In this document: piece after piece, positions 22,301 to 29,043 of the stretch
Position numbering within the stretch: the stretch's first letter is position 1
Layout of the letters: the number at the start of each line of letters is the position of its first letter
Virus record (IMG/VR): IMGVR_UViG_3300025151_000049
Coordinates: 1-52,513 of that record
Strand: one strand, 5' to 3'
DNA: 52,513 nucleotides
Origin: a virus
Taxonomy: Duplodnaviria > Caudoviricetes
Translations under genes and position numbers: made by a program
Notes under the pieces: model-generated
Told to the model about the DNA's origin: nothing
Seen by the model: only the letters and a program-made list of their open reading frames with translations
Databases searched by the model: none

Positions 22301-22495
22301 GAAGTATCTTCATCTGCAGAGTATTTATTTATGGATTGGGGATATGTTGACTGGACATCACATATAAGATTACCTGAAATGCAATATCCTGGTAAAGTTT
22401 ACAAAAGAAGTGCTACAAATAGCGTAAATAAAAAGACTAAACAAATATTTAAGAAGAAAAGAAAAAACAAACGTGATTATTGCGTTAATAAATAA
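13313..22495 (+). CDS. Giant (3060 aa) putative virion-packaged two-barrel (DPBB) RNA polymerase
   Basis: RDFDGD at aa 2208-2213 (DFDGD nt 19937-19951); upstream LDGSG (D1720) and GESSAK (aa 1797-1802) resemble cellular RdRP/phi14:2 gp66-type motifs; located in the ejected-protein block. Confidence 0.75.
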   Translation: MGLSFEQTTRNNLFDSGIGNSDGKTPDYLSTFAKEDFSNKIHANRSKREDTGSLTDAFIGFTAGGIESFSFGAIRPDDYFGYSEDEQTLAYRLGKGAGTAASMVAPIGPFGLIARGGNAAIRATKGSTAIAKEAIKQTSKKFATGSLTTNVINKELKKQLLKNDASKRYLTQHGINAEELAKNNKLLQDNLAASLKAGFEKSGQQVSDRVVTRITRDIADQLRKPGVHLNTIEDYVQSLTGSSGFAGKFAGMAAQDFYVFMMHNTITSGIGSFIHGDEIGTMSDIGKRIAGNLALSGAFPLIRAIPGGGKYTLRQGADLFKTKTGLNTFRNNFMRQDYKKLVSTKQGEEDARGLIAMMLKGSDLNARNYSLLGGYKYKVTNADKTTKEIGINTILNNLADPKRMPKEQVVQILNQMRKHSDKAFNKWGAGYLAEMANVGQLSRMVLGMFAMNAETWAYGGFEGLTIPETFQHLAIGAMMAKSRGLWDKDNVSNWARDLSNYKELSYRLNMDTSNLHQLVKAYNKNTKIGETFGISMKNTAVGSGIYDIVYADNAKNDQTYTDVADGLVPPEKVEYVNQMIQVAQTMKSGVVRDPSLIDNIDVRRLSKARIEELYDNFRELEFKDGSSLKDFSAPDVFSHLQIEASEGIGNKFKAYLLDVAEATGYPLVYNETSDKLEVFPVEFSADDFSVNGQYQHNLLKFNDFILNLESHGLITRKSNTEFKQSYFVKDNKVVRESVDNVDVASKLEDITEGYINNIVKGALGQNNAYFDILSHDNPMLKQWLSGNAAKNRDRIYKISQGRTTGDDRFATPEQQFIDVVGNVFRLNNQRATGPIDDIDKGAFIARPPKIIADETTSDKESKSPAYIDKVDNTQLKLNNIYEVMRAGHTGRIEQSGQQHKIPLKDAEAFVEMYENLGLHQPSDPLYDFGYYNDLQNYVARRALAAQNFNSESLAIVVAARDNGLFDLENQTIMSPKAVADALIANNEFSANDPEYRALVEKYEYIFNKISNHPSIKISDDLMIGMNNELISAKSIESIFNVTQKGLSGKIFKDVNDAINNIKSSLKTEELAEIGAEIIRLTEDVTTYIDQLAMTGAQAGDPTIQKALVDFQDGYTILLENINNKVAGSQVVKAEISKMVNELTLIQKVYNENPAIAGQNKYNPATLLTMGESIQRVLLNEKENQIQAVETLERIASLKNHALGGGELLKLHSMLLRKLSVDLNRPEMVTTMSVNEAIAEYTNNKSFENLNNVVKLVQSVAAQRQSMKQFERDITENASKLEDIVKDKAHNRNDTPMHIIRKFNLHDTENPNQLSMQFIEMLNDYVNVPNPENENKLNQFIVDRVSAIYGAPGSKDFNSAYSELMVQWPVLSKQFASMNHITTEYTINGNKIDYDNSMPVRKTLLGVASDFIQSFNFEGLGYINNNITRDGRKGLLKDYSKEDLENIVNNTPVIDKMLADRLLNNPEDAEFIVSESQETGNKSRESNFIFDGINKMVLDVHAGNPLLIPISDNNIKSINDKFEVWYDNKLERLDVLSDTATKRNFVKSVESLVSKLGSENAQAKMILMSLDVVNSAGFDKIFSPEMFPTNDITNQRYMAHADKLLKISKQSDNTNYVKFANKDLDGLTNLRGIDPELSRISSKFKSNGIKIQLITDEDMGRLKENLNYPTSNRKQVFDMYNEIVTNKDNKYSEDHVNAAKETLAELEAMGPESSLASSILDGSGIIIDPDFSYFNGSIHGDKNLKAFKNNISYSSEFLGSATGHQGIISKFFLHENPMISNDKSLYKLRKAGVTIVMGESSAKAFYGLDRNGGKIIPYELDQNKNFIENLASIPADNMRGVMEIPFESMGFGYAAKPGEQVILPHSVTDFMNANQIYKYRTQQALLENIRKLNSAKSNLERFEDETQALVLFDRAVEQTGYDFSAGELGLAQMALKSGIFSHHNPIIRKGVMNLFNGLVFDKIRRPLTNRGQDTYIIPDAYSEHPSPTFRTVYENTPISKTSDVKNRKVFRVVNNFGYTSIADRMGKTPIRSMNDLDFVANINGRDIIFRYDGKNLQIIDHISDMAKAHKGKGYYFGGDITPQKPLDDYSLSKSELESLELFVKSYDSAIFKSDNIDYNTLTLKGMVDLLSKGTYDISDANNKIKTIDLSKNPLMYIAKKYDIGLGVQSLAIPKKSFDLGFNRIKSVLSEDFGNLSIINAHDLRIMHQRDFDGDHLYQYSGNEFEVLRYAVARMGVIEDYDILPRTPQKSNILGFDKNGTVGAVPSEMGMTNLKKGVFANQYGIGETVTLKNLTNMARNIGIEFNHKDGTISEFREIGAVDGINRLFTDPEFLAAKAMAVLNQNEVDYWGGKHALAEIVKEAILTGDVPKKLKDQLPFEIKGVISNAEKFRQRSNQNNVKSNSINEANLYRDSRDIILNALKRASAIMNNPFNEGGQFTPTDWYLKNSYNDLRAFLQNPNEYIVRRLFSKYRGNRSVLNEIVNMFYNPKAKIGLNERSSAEFIINNARKGNVPSPDNKLITFKNGVRGNKGYKNVKELMSIDNSTYLLNEVNDKGLIRDKDYYGDMLETNDLSLSDVVSLSGNLLNRVMMYKAYFPNLEPHKAMNQDMATDDYFDMQMPLKVSGTKKQMSWKDVEVRSVTKHILEKDASRLRVEIAKMKGLPGRVNEYEKTVLETKLGDIESTLKVLDDISVKSIFDQNNITGKKPEDNIFTSFYKKTGKQTHRGKGVFHLYRVKGLYLNTDSVKNLNFKQLEYIDKIKPGDMTTYYKGYTYIRVNNPLQRRYIGDNESLHALGLFDYINATTHAEQVVKRHEVSEFYDSVYEMHKIINEDYHLTRRALKDEPASKAEAFEWASRRDKMELESWLNRWNKKPDNMENLSDDQYNAIVNKDIKLLKLLIKPLHASGQYVSVDNFDLPYLYMNKQIQKVALNYLVDAEYVEMSNGKPILPPEFEKMYDHQRIYVKTSQNIKTSDQDMIRMEKHRQSAMQTKDTDFFRLGEVSSSAEYLFMDWGYVDWTSHIRLPEMQYPGKVYKRSATNSVNKKTKQIFKKKRKNKRDYCVNK

Positions 22496-22504
22496 AGGGG
22501 ATAA

Positions 22505-25372
22505 ATGTCGTTTACTTTAAGTATAAATGGTTGTGAATCTGTAATGTCTCCAGAGGTTCTTTCTAATAGGAAGAATCTTGAAAAGATAATTGATAAATTT
22601 AATAAGTTACCTAGGACAACTAAAATGTATGGTAAAATACAAACTTTAGAAGACCAAAGTCCTGCAACTAGAGCTTTAGATAGATTTGCTAAAGATATAG
22701 ATCCAAATATTGCTTTTGATGAAACTTTTATTTTAGATAAAGGGCAACTTAGAAGACTAGAAATTAGACTTGATCAACATGAAAGACAAATGGGGAACAA
22801 GTTATATTATTTAGAATCTTTGTATAAGTTACCTCATGCAATAATGCGTAAAACTCCAGTAGGTTCTGACTTTATATATTCAATTGATCAAGCTAAAAAC
22901 TACGAAAGAAATAATACTATTAACTTGAATAATAAAATGAAAGCAATTAGTAAATATTTTAGAAGAGCTAATTTAGACTATGGTATAGAGCAAGGGTTTT
23001 TTACTAAAACTCAATCAAAAAGATTAGTAGAGTTAGAAAATAAGTTAAGTAAAAATGCACAAGATATTGACGCTGTTCAAGAAATATCTAATGAAATAAA
23101 TAAAGTTATAGAGGGTGGAGATGGTAGAGTATTTAGAGATTTTACATATTTAACAAAATTAAACAACACTGATTTTTCTAATGCAATTAAAGCTGGAGTT
23201 AGAGATGATGCAGATCCAGGAAGGTTTGGAGAAGCTTTTAGTCCTAATGTTATTAAAGCTGCAGAAACAGCAAGGCAATTATTAAAAGACTTAGGTTCTG
23301 TTAACTTTGCTGCGCTTGAACAATTAAGAGATGCTGTATGGGTAAAAACAACAGGCATGTCTTATTCTGATAATCGTAAAATGGCTAATTTTAGTCCGTA
23401 TTTAAAATCATTTGATAAATCTATATCAGATGCTAAAAACAGATTAAAAATTGGTATGAAAGAAGGTGGTTATTTACCTGAAGTTTCAATTGAGAATATA
23501 ATAGAATTGAAATCTAGAGCAGATAAAATATTAGCAGAAAATAACAATGTTATATTAGAAAAGTTAATAGATGATTTAGCTGTTGATATACAAAGCATGC
23601 TTAAAACAGACTTACCTGCAAATATAAAAGCTAGAAATGATTTAATAAATAAAAATTACTCTAAAAATCCATTATTCGTCTTAAACGAATATGGACAACA
23701 AGCAATACAGTTTAATAAATTAAGCACTATTACTAATTCTTATCAAAAAATACTACAAACTATTACTAAGCCAGATATTGGTGTAGAATACTTAGAAGGA
23801 TTAAGTAACTTTGTTCATGATGAATATACAATAGCTACAAAAGGATTGGCTAATAGACCTGAAGTAGTAAATAGATTTATTAGAACAGTAAAAGTAGTTG
23901 AAACATTAAAAGCTATGTCATTAGGTGTTCCAGGAGCTTTAAGAAACGTTGCTGGTATGCAGTTCTTTTTAGTTAATATGGGTAGACAAAGAATAAAAGA
24001 AGCTAATCTTATGTACAATACAGGAGTATATGAAGGTGATAGCGTTCGAAGAATTGTTAACTCAATAGCTCAAAAACAAGGTTTTGATTTTGGTGACTTA
24101 GGTGCAGAACTTGTTACTGATGGACTTATTACTAAAGATCAGTCTCAAAAATTAGATTTTAAATTTAATATTGAAACTGGAAGAATTGAAGCTAAAGAAA
24201 AAGGCAATAAAACTTGGGAAAAAATTGAAAGCTTTATGGAAGGTGCTACTAAAAAGGGATTGGTTTTACACACTATAGGTGAAAACTTTATTCGTAAGCA
24301 TATGTATAGACTTGCTTTAGTAGAATCTTTAGAAACTTATAGAAGTCAACCTGAATATTGGGCAAAGCACGGAGGTCATAAGCTTACAGCTGATAATTGG
24401 CAAGGAAATAAATTAGCTCAAACAGCATCTAAACAGGCATTATTTATAGTTAATCAAATGGCTGGTGAGTATGCTCTTCATGCTAAATCTAGACTTTTAA
24501 CAGGAACTCCAGGAAAAATAAATAAAAATAGTAAAATATTAAATCCTGTAGAAACTGGATTAACAGCAGTAACTTCTTTAGCAACAGGACTTTTGCATTA
24601 TCCAATGTTTATAACTGATATGCAATATAAAAAAGTTGAAGGTGCACTACATGGATTGGCTGGTGGAAAGATAGGTGCTAGACAAATATACTCTCCAGAA
24701 GCTCAATACTTAGCTAAATACGCAGCTTTTTATTCATTTATACAAATGCTATCAATAGGATTTAATGCAGATTTAAATAGATTATTTGAAAATGATACAA
24801 TTGAACGTGTAAAAGACATGTACAGAGAAATTAGTGGACCGTCACCAGATGATTTAAATTCAGATGGAACATTAAAAGATTCTGCTGCAGGATATTATGG
24901 TGTATTAGGACAATTTACTGGTCCTTTAGTTGATGATTTAGCATTTGGTATGATGTCTGTAGGGCTTATGGGAATGCCAGACAGTTGGTTTTCAAGAACA
25001 ATTTTAGGTTATGATAGATATTTAGAAGATAGTGGTGCAGATGCTAAAGAAAGAGCTTACTGGAATAGATTAGGTACAGCATTTGGATTTTTTGGAAATA
25101 AAGTTGTTCCAGCTATGAGAGATGGAAGAGGACTAGATGTTATTGCTCATTCTGTTGGGTTATGGCCTAGTGCTTATACAAGATCTGGTAGAGAGCTTGT
25201 TAATAAAGCTGTAGGTACAGTCACACCTTATAAACCTTTTAAATCTTCTAAGAAAAAGGCTAAAAAGAAATGGACTGATATACAGAATCAAAATAAATCT
25301 AAAAAAAATATGACACCTATAGAAGCTTTAGAACAACAATTAAGAGATATAAATACTAGGTATGATTTTTAG
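22505..25372 (+). CDS. Large helical putative internal virion protein
   Basis: 955-aa ORF, last of the + arm; hydrophobic segments near the C-terminus and a basic tail. Confidence 0.45.
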   Translation: MSFTLSINGCESVMSPEVLSNRKNLEKIIDKFNKLPRTTKMYGKIQTLEDQSPATRALDRFAKDIDPNIAFDETFILDKGQLRRLEIRLDQHERQMGNKLYYLESLYKLPHAIMRKTPVGSDFIYSIDQAKNYERNNTINLNNKMKAISKYFRRANLDYGIEQGFFTKTQSKRLVELENKLSKNAQDIDAVQEISNEINKVIEGGDGRVFRDFTYLTKLNNTDFSNAIKAGVRDDADPGRFGEAFSPNVIKAAETARQLLKDLGSVNFAALEQLRDAVWVKTTGMSYSDNRKMANFSPYLKSFDKSISDAKNRLKIGMKEGGYLPEVSIENIIELKSRADKILAENNNVILEKLIDDLAVDIQSMLKTDLPANIKARNDLINKNYSKNPLFVLNEYGQQAIQFNKLSTITNSYQKILQTITKPDIGVEYLEGLSNFVHDEYTIATKGLANRPEVVNRFIRTVKVVETLKAMSLGVPGALRNVAGMQFFLVNMGRQRIKEANLMYNTGVYEGDSVRRIVNSIAQKQGFDFGDLGAELVTDGLITKDQSQKLDFKFNIETGRIEAKEKGNKTWEKIESFMEGATKKGLVLHTIGENFIRKHMYRLALVESLETYRSQPEYWAKHGGHKLTADNWQGNKLAQTASKQALFIVNQMAGEYALHAKSRLLTGTPGKINKNSKILNPVETGLTAVTSLATGLLHYPMFITDMQYKKVEGALHGLAGGKIGARQIYSPEAQYLAKYAAFYSFIQMLSIGFNADLNRLFENDTIERVKDMYREISGPSPDDLNSDGTLKDSAAGYYGVLGQFTGPLVDDLAFGMMSVGLMGMPDSWFSRTILGYDRYLEDSGADAKERAYWNRLGTAFGFFGNKVVPAMRDGRGLDVIAHSVGLWPSAYTRSGRELVNKAVGTVTPYKPFKSSKKKAKKKWTDIQNQNKSKKNMTPIEALEQQLRDINTRYDF

Positions 25373-25378
25373 GAGAAT

Positions 25379-25408
25379 AGGGTGCAACCGAAAGGGAGGT
25401 CACACCCT
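25379..25408 (-). terminator. Hairpin at the convergence of the two arms (terminator and/or sRNA body)
   Basis: Minus strand AGGGUGUGACC/GGUUGCACCCU gives 11 bp with 2 G-U pairs; loop UCCCUUUC; U-tract weak. Confidence 0.55.
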
Positions 25409-25423
25409 TTGTCATGGACGACA

Positions 25424-25453
25424 ATTATAAATTTTCTTCTATTTTAATTGCAA
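25424..25453 (-). promoter_or_regulatory. Sigma70-like promoter TTGCAA-N18-TATAAT
   Basis: Consensus -10 with the same 18-nt spacing as the other sites; no sense ORF downstream. Confidence 0.45.
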
Positions 25454-25595
25454 ATCTAAAAGTTAAATTAATTATACTAAAAGCAATTCCAATACCTAAT
25501 ATATCTGTACTATGCAAAACTAAGGTAAATGGAAAAAATCTTAACTCTATATAACCATCATGTATATATATATTAAATAATTCTTTATGATTCAT
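25425..25595 (-). CDS. 56-aa hydrophobic protein (not in ORF track)
   Basis: ATGA overlap with the upstream nuclease gene; MNHKELFNIYIHDGYIELRFFPFTLVLH... Confidence 0.5.
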   Translation of the reverse strand: MNHKELFNIYIHDGYIELRFFPFTLVLHSTDILGIGIAFSIINLTFRFAIKIEENL

Positions 25596-25936
25596 TTGTC
25601 CCTCTCAATCAAATCTATAAAGTGATCAAATTCTATTGCTACATATATTTTAGATCTATTTCTTTTAAAAACTAAAACAGGTTGTCTATCATCACTATTT
25701 CCATCTGCCTGTTCTAAAGATTTCCAAAGATTCAATCTTTCTTGATTTTTACATTCAAAGCTATATCTTATAATCTTTTTAGCTGCTGGTGATAATACAA
25801 TATCTTCACCACTCATACCCATAACTTGGGATTCAATATCATTCGTCTCAAGAATCTCCGTATACACAGAGCGAAGGCGGTCCCTCACTAAGTTCTGTAG
25901 TTTCCTGCCTTTGTTTTTTGCGGAACGCGCTTTCAT
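25592..25936 (-). CDS. PD-(D/E)XK nuclease, Holliday-junction-resolvase-like
   Basis: SAKNKGRKLQ N-terminus, GEDI, and ECK (FECKNQERLNLW) typical of phage Hjc-like proteins. Confidence 0.7.
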   Translation of the reverse strand: MKARSAKNKGRKLQNLVRDRLRSVYTEILETNDIESQVMGMSGEDIVLSPAAKKIIRYSFECKNQERLNLWKSLEQADGNSDDRQPVLVFKRNRSKIYVAIEFDHFIDLIERDK

Positions 25937-26105
25937 ATTCTCCCTCCCTTATTTTTTTTAAAGCATTATTCTTCTCTATATCTTCACCATCAAGATCTCT
26001 ATATTGGCCATCACCAGTTATTTCATAACTATCTGGATGTAAGTCTTTGTATGTTTCTATCATACTATCAATATCTCTTTTTAGTTTTAATAAATCTTCT
26101 ATCAT
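25848..26105 (-). CDS. Hypothetical protein (start revised to ATG 26105)
   Basis: AGGAG RBS precedes the ATG at 26105; the C-terminus overlaps the nuclease gene by about 90 nt. Confidence 0.45.
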   Translation of the reverse strand: MIEDLLKLKRDIDSMIETYKDLHPDSYEITGDGQYRDLDGEDIEKNNALKKIREGEYESAFRKKQRQETTELSEGPPSLCVYGDS

Positions 26106-26121
26106 ATTGTCTCCTAGTGAA

Positions 26122-26136
26122 ACCCCCTTTCGGGGG
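26122..26136 (-). terminator. GC hairpin CCCCC-GAAA-GGGGG with short U tail
   Basis: Perfect 5-bp GC stem with GNRA loop directly after the stop of 26143..26427. Confidence 0.5.
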
Positions 26137-26142
26137 CACACA

Positions 26143-26427
26143 TTATATTAGTTTCCATGTATGAGTCATCTTACCCCATACACCTTTTCTCATTATGTTT
26201 GTTTTCTTAAGTTTACCATCATTAGTTAAGTTAGTCATAGCTCTTCTAATGCTAGTAATAGGATATGTAGTTTCTGAATTGTCAACTAATATGCCCTGTA
26301 TTTCATCAGGACTTAAGTTTCTTTTATAATGATTAAATATAGCCATTATAACTTCTTCTTGTTTATTAGATGATTCTATGCTGCTTTTAAGTACATTTCC
26401 TGTTTCGTTGTTAGTGTTGTAGTACAT
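26143..26427 (-). CDS. Winged-HTH-like DNA-binding protein
   Basis: LSPDEI...PITSIRRAMTNLTNDGKL pattern followed by a wing-like hairpin. Confidence 0.55.
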   Translation of the reverse strand: MYYNTNNETGNVLKSSIESSNKQEEVIMAIFNHYKRNLSPDEIQGILVDNSETTYPITSIRRAMTNLTNDGKLKKTNIMRKGVWGKMTHTWKLI

Positions 26428-26630
26428 TATATAATCTCCAATCCTAATCTATGTAAAGCTGCATTAACTTTTTCTCTCATTTTAATTAGTTCTTTATACA
26501 TGTCTTGTTGCTCATTTACTATACTATCAGCAAGTTTGTTTAACCTATCTAAAGTCTCATCTACATCAAGCCTTTTTTTCTTAGGTTTTATTTCTTTTTT
26601 TACTACTTTTCCTTCTGCTTTGTAGCTCAT
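26427..26630 (-). CDS. Hypothetical small coiled-coil protein
   Basis: 67-aa ORF with AAGGAG RBS, coupled to neighbours. Confidence 0.5.
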   Translation of the reverse strand: MSYKAEGKVVKKEIKPKKKRLDVDETLDRLNKLADSIVNEQQDMYKELIKMREKVNAALHRLGLEII

Positions 26631-26818
26631 TTTTTACTCTCCTTTTGTTTTTCTCTTAGCATTTTTTGGTATTCATATCTACATCTTTTAGCATACATTC
26701 TAGGTGTATAGTGAGTGTAGTCACGTTCTTTGGGATTTTGACCTAAACCTATATCCGTTCTATTCATAAAATGTACAAATTCACTAGCCCTCATATGGAA
26801 CCATTCGTAAGTTATCAA
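26627..26818 (-). CDS. Hypothetical basic protein (true start may be the internal MRASEF)
   Basis: Fills the gap between primase-helicase and 26630. Confidence 0.4.
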   Translation of the reverse strand: MITYEWFHMRASEFVHFMNRTDIGLGQNPKERDYTHYTPRMYAKRCRYEYQKMLREKQKESKK

Positions 26819-28556
26819 ATCCTAGTTTAATATTCATTGACTCTTTTTCTCTGTTCTTATCACTTACAAGCTGCAACATTTGTATCTTACCTTCTTGATC
26901 CTTAAATGGTTTAAGAGATAATATTTTATTTGCATTGTAAGCAACTCTAAATGAGCCTCTAGATGAAGCTATATTCATACCTTCTACCATAGCTTGTTTA
27001 CTAATCTCACTAACAGTAAATACAATTACATTATGTTTTACTGCAAGTTCCATTAATGCTTGACTAGCTTCCTCAACTTTCATGTTATGATCGTTCTTTT
27101 TGCTCCTAAATAGCCCCATATGGTCAACAACTACTATTTCTGGCTTAACAGGTAGGGTAGCAATTCTTTTCTCTAATTCATGTGTATATAGAGATCCAAA
27201 ATCTACAGTTAGCCAATCAAACTTCTGACTAATACCATTGTTATACTTTCTATAATGTTCTGCTAATTCTTCTTCTGACATACCAGTTTCAATCATAGCA
27301 AATCTAGACCATATTTGTCTAGGTGACATCTCCATTTCTATAAAGTATGTTGGTCTTTTAAATGCAACCATCATATTTTGTAGAAACATTGTTTTCATAG
27401 AAGCAGGAGGAGCCTGTAAGATTACTACTTCGCCTGGATATATAGGAAAATCACATCCATAGGCTTCTTTAAAGTTTATAGGATTTAAATCTCTTTTATA
27501 GAACTCAATCATCTCTTTTTCCATAGATTCTGCATCCATAGTATTTTGAGACTTCTTAGATTTAAATAATCTACATGTATTTTGACAATGCTTATCCATA
27601 AGTACGTCATTACAACCATATCTATAGCCATTACCATCATGCCCTTCGTAACAATTATCAATAATTGCATCTAATTCTTTTTGAGTAAATGGTTTTTCTT
27701 TACTATCTACTCTTTCTCTCCAATCATTCATAATCAGTCTGACTGTTTCCTCTGGGTATAGCCATCTCATCCATGCTGATAGTCTAAGTGCTACCATATG
27801 TCTGCTACCAATAACACTACCGTATAACATTCTTTGTATACATGGATAATTCATTGGATCTGGTTGTCTACCTTTAGAGGAGACAGGCTCCTCAATCAGC
27901 TGTGTTTTGTGCGAAGATTGCTGATTTGCTCCTAATACATCAAATACAACATTACATTCAATGTCATCATTTAATACTTTTTGTGGTTGTTTAGCATAAG
28001 ATTCTAATTCTTGTAAAAACTCATTATCATCTTTATCTAATACATTTATAATAGGATCAATCTGAACTTTATATAAATTAGATTTACTATTTTTAGTATT
28101 TAACAACCTTATAATTCTTGTTTTATCTGTAACTGATGGATCTGCATACTCAAATATACCTTTACTAGTCAACTCTTGTTTAACCTTCATATGTAAATCA
28201 TCACATGGCTTCCATCTAAAAGCAGATGAGTGTATACCCACATGAAATCCTGTGCCACTAAAATACGTATTATAGGCAAGATTCATATCTTCTAGTATAA
28301 CGTATAGCCCTAACAATTTATCTCTTGCATTTAAGCTGTTTGTCCCATCTACATCTAATATAAATTCATCAGGCATATATATTAATCCTGTATATCCTGC
28401 TAATTTACCCTTTTTTTGTACATAATCTTGTACTGATTCATCATAATCATACAAAGATACAAATGTATCTCTATCTAATCCCATCCACTCACTAGCTTTA
28501 GAAGCTTCTTGAAAATGGCATCTATTTGATAAACCAAATGCAAATTCTTTTATCAT
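26784..28556 (-). CDS. AEP primase-polymerase fused to a Cys-containing PriL-CTD/PriCT-like domain and a DnaB-like (SF4) helicase domain
   Basis: AEP motifs ILDVD, FSGTGFHV and D...RIIRL; middle YPCI...YGC...HC...TC; P-loop APPASMKT, FIEMEM and Walker B VVVDHMGL. Confidence 0.8.
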   Translation of the reverse strand: MIKEFAFGLSNRCHFQEASKASEWMGLDRDTFVSLYDYDESVQDYVQKKGKLAGYTGLIYMPDEFILDVDGTNSLNARDKLLGLYVILEDMNLAYNTYFSGTGFHVGIHSSAFRWKPCDDLHMKVKQELTSKGIFEYADPSVTDKTRIIRLLNTKNSKSNLYKVQIDPIINVLDKDDNEFLQELESYAKQPQKVLNDDIECNVVFDVLGANQQSSHKTQLIEEPVSSKGRQPDPMNYPCIQRMLYGSVIGSRHMVALRLSAWMRWLYPEETVRLIMNDWRERVDSKEKPFTQKELDAIIDNCYEGHDGNGYRYGCNDVLMDKHCQNTCRLFKSKKSQNTMDAESMEKEMIEFYKRDLNPINFKEAYGCDFPIYPGEVVILQAPPASMKTMFLQNMMVAFKRPTYFIEMEMSPRQIWSRFAMIETGMSEEELAEHYRKYNNGISQKFDWLTVDFGSLYTHELEKRIATLPVKPEIVVVDHMGLFRSKKNDHNMKVEEASQALMELAVKHNVIVFTVSEISKQAMVEGMNIASSRGSFRVAYNANKILSLKPFKDQEGKIQMLQLVSDKNREKESMNIKLGFDNLRMVPYEG

Positions 28557-28557
28557 A

Positions 28558-28758
28558 TTACTCCCCTTTTTTTGTAGTAGGTTTATGTAATTTACTTAAA
28601 TCAATTAAAGTATTATAAGGCCAAGACATTTCATTCTTTAATCTCAATGCTCTATCATAAACATTTTCTCTACTTTTATTTTTTCTTTTAGTTTTATTAG
28701 CATTTTGAGCGCCTTTTTTTGATCTTGATTTATCTCCTAATTTTGCTAAACCTGCCAT
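28558..28758 (-). CDS. Small very basic protein (start revised to ATG 28758)
   Basis: AAGGAG RBS before MAGLAKLGDKSRSKK... Confidence 0.55.
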   Translation of the reverse strand: MAGLAKLGDKSRSKKGAQNANKTKRKNKSRENVYDRALRLKNEMSWPYNTLIDLSKLHKPTTKKGE

Positions 28759-28775
28759 ATTTTCTCCTTTCAAAT

Positions 28776-28922
28776 TTTTGGTAACTCCTGCAACTTCCAG
28801 CCAGGCAATGTTCAACATATGATTTACTCATTCAAATATAGGAGTTCTAATGGAATAGAACTTTTGAAATGTCAAATAGCAAACTGAGTGCTATTTAGGG
28901 AGTTTTTATACTGTTACCAAAA
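28776..28922 (-). ncRNA. Candidate structured element A (strand assumed from flanking genes)
   Basis: 10-bp inverted repeat TTTTGGTAAC/GTTACCAAAA enclosing hairpins AGTTCTA/TAGAACT and AAATAGCA/TGCTATTT. Confidence 0.4.
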
Positions 28923-28928
28923 TCTTTT

Positions 28929-29026
28929 ATATAGAGAGCCTCACATATTCCTTTGCCTTCGTTATCGCAGGAAACCCGCTAAGTGTCTTCTCGGGACTTA
29001 CAGGACCAGTTGTTGGCTCTCTATAT
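28929..29026 (-). ncRNA. Candidate structured element B (strand assumed from flanking genes)
   Basis: Perfect 12-bp inverted repeat ATATAGAGAGCC/GGCTCTCTATAT around a GC-richer 74-nt core with internal CCCG/CGGG pairing. Confidence 0.5.
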
Positions 29027-29043
29027 TAGTTAACAACAATCAA

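Noticed and set aside
28929-29026. Retron msr-msd, or HDV/twister/hammerhead ribozyme identity for the 12-bp-closed element
   Set aside because: No reverse transcriptase in the window and the catalytic core consensus sequences do not match.
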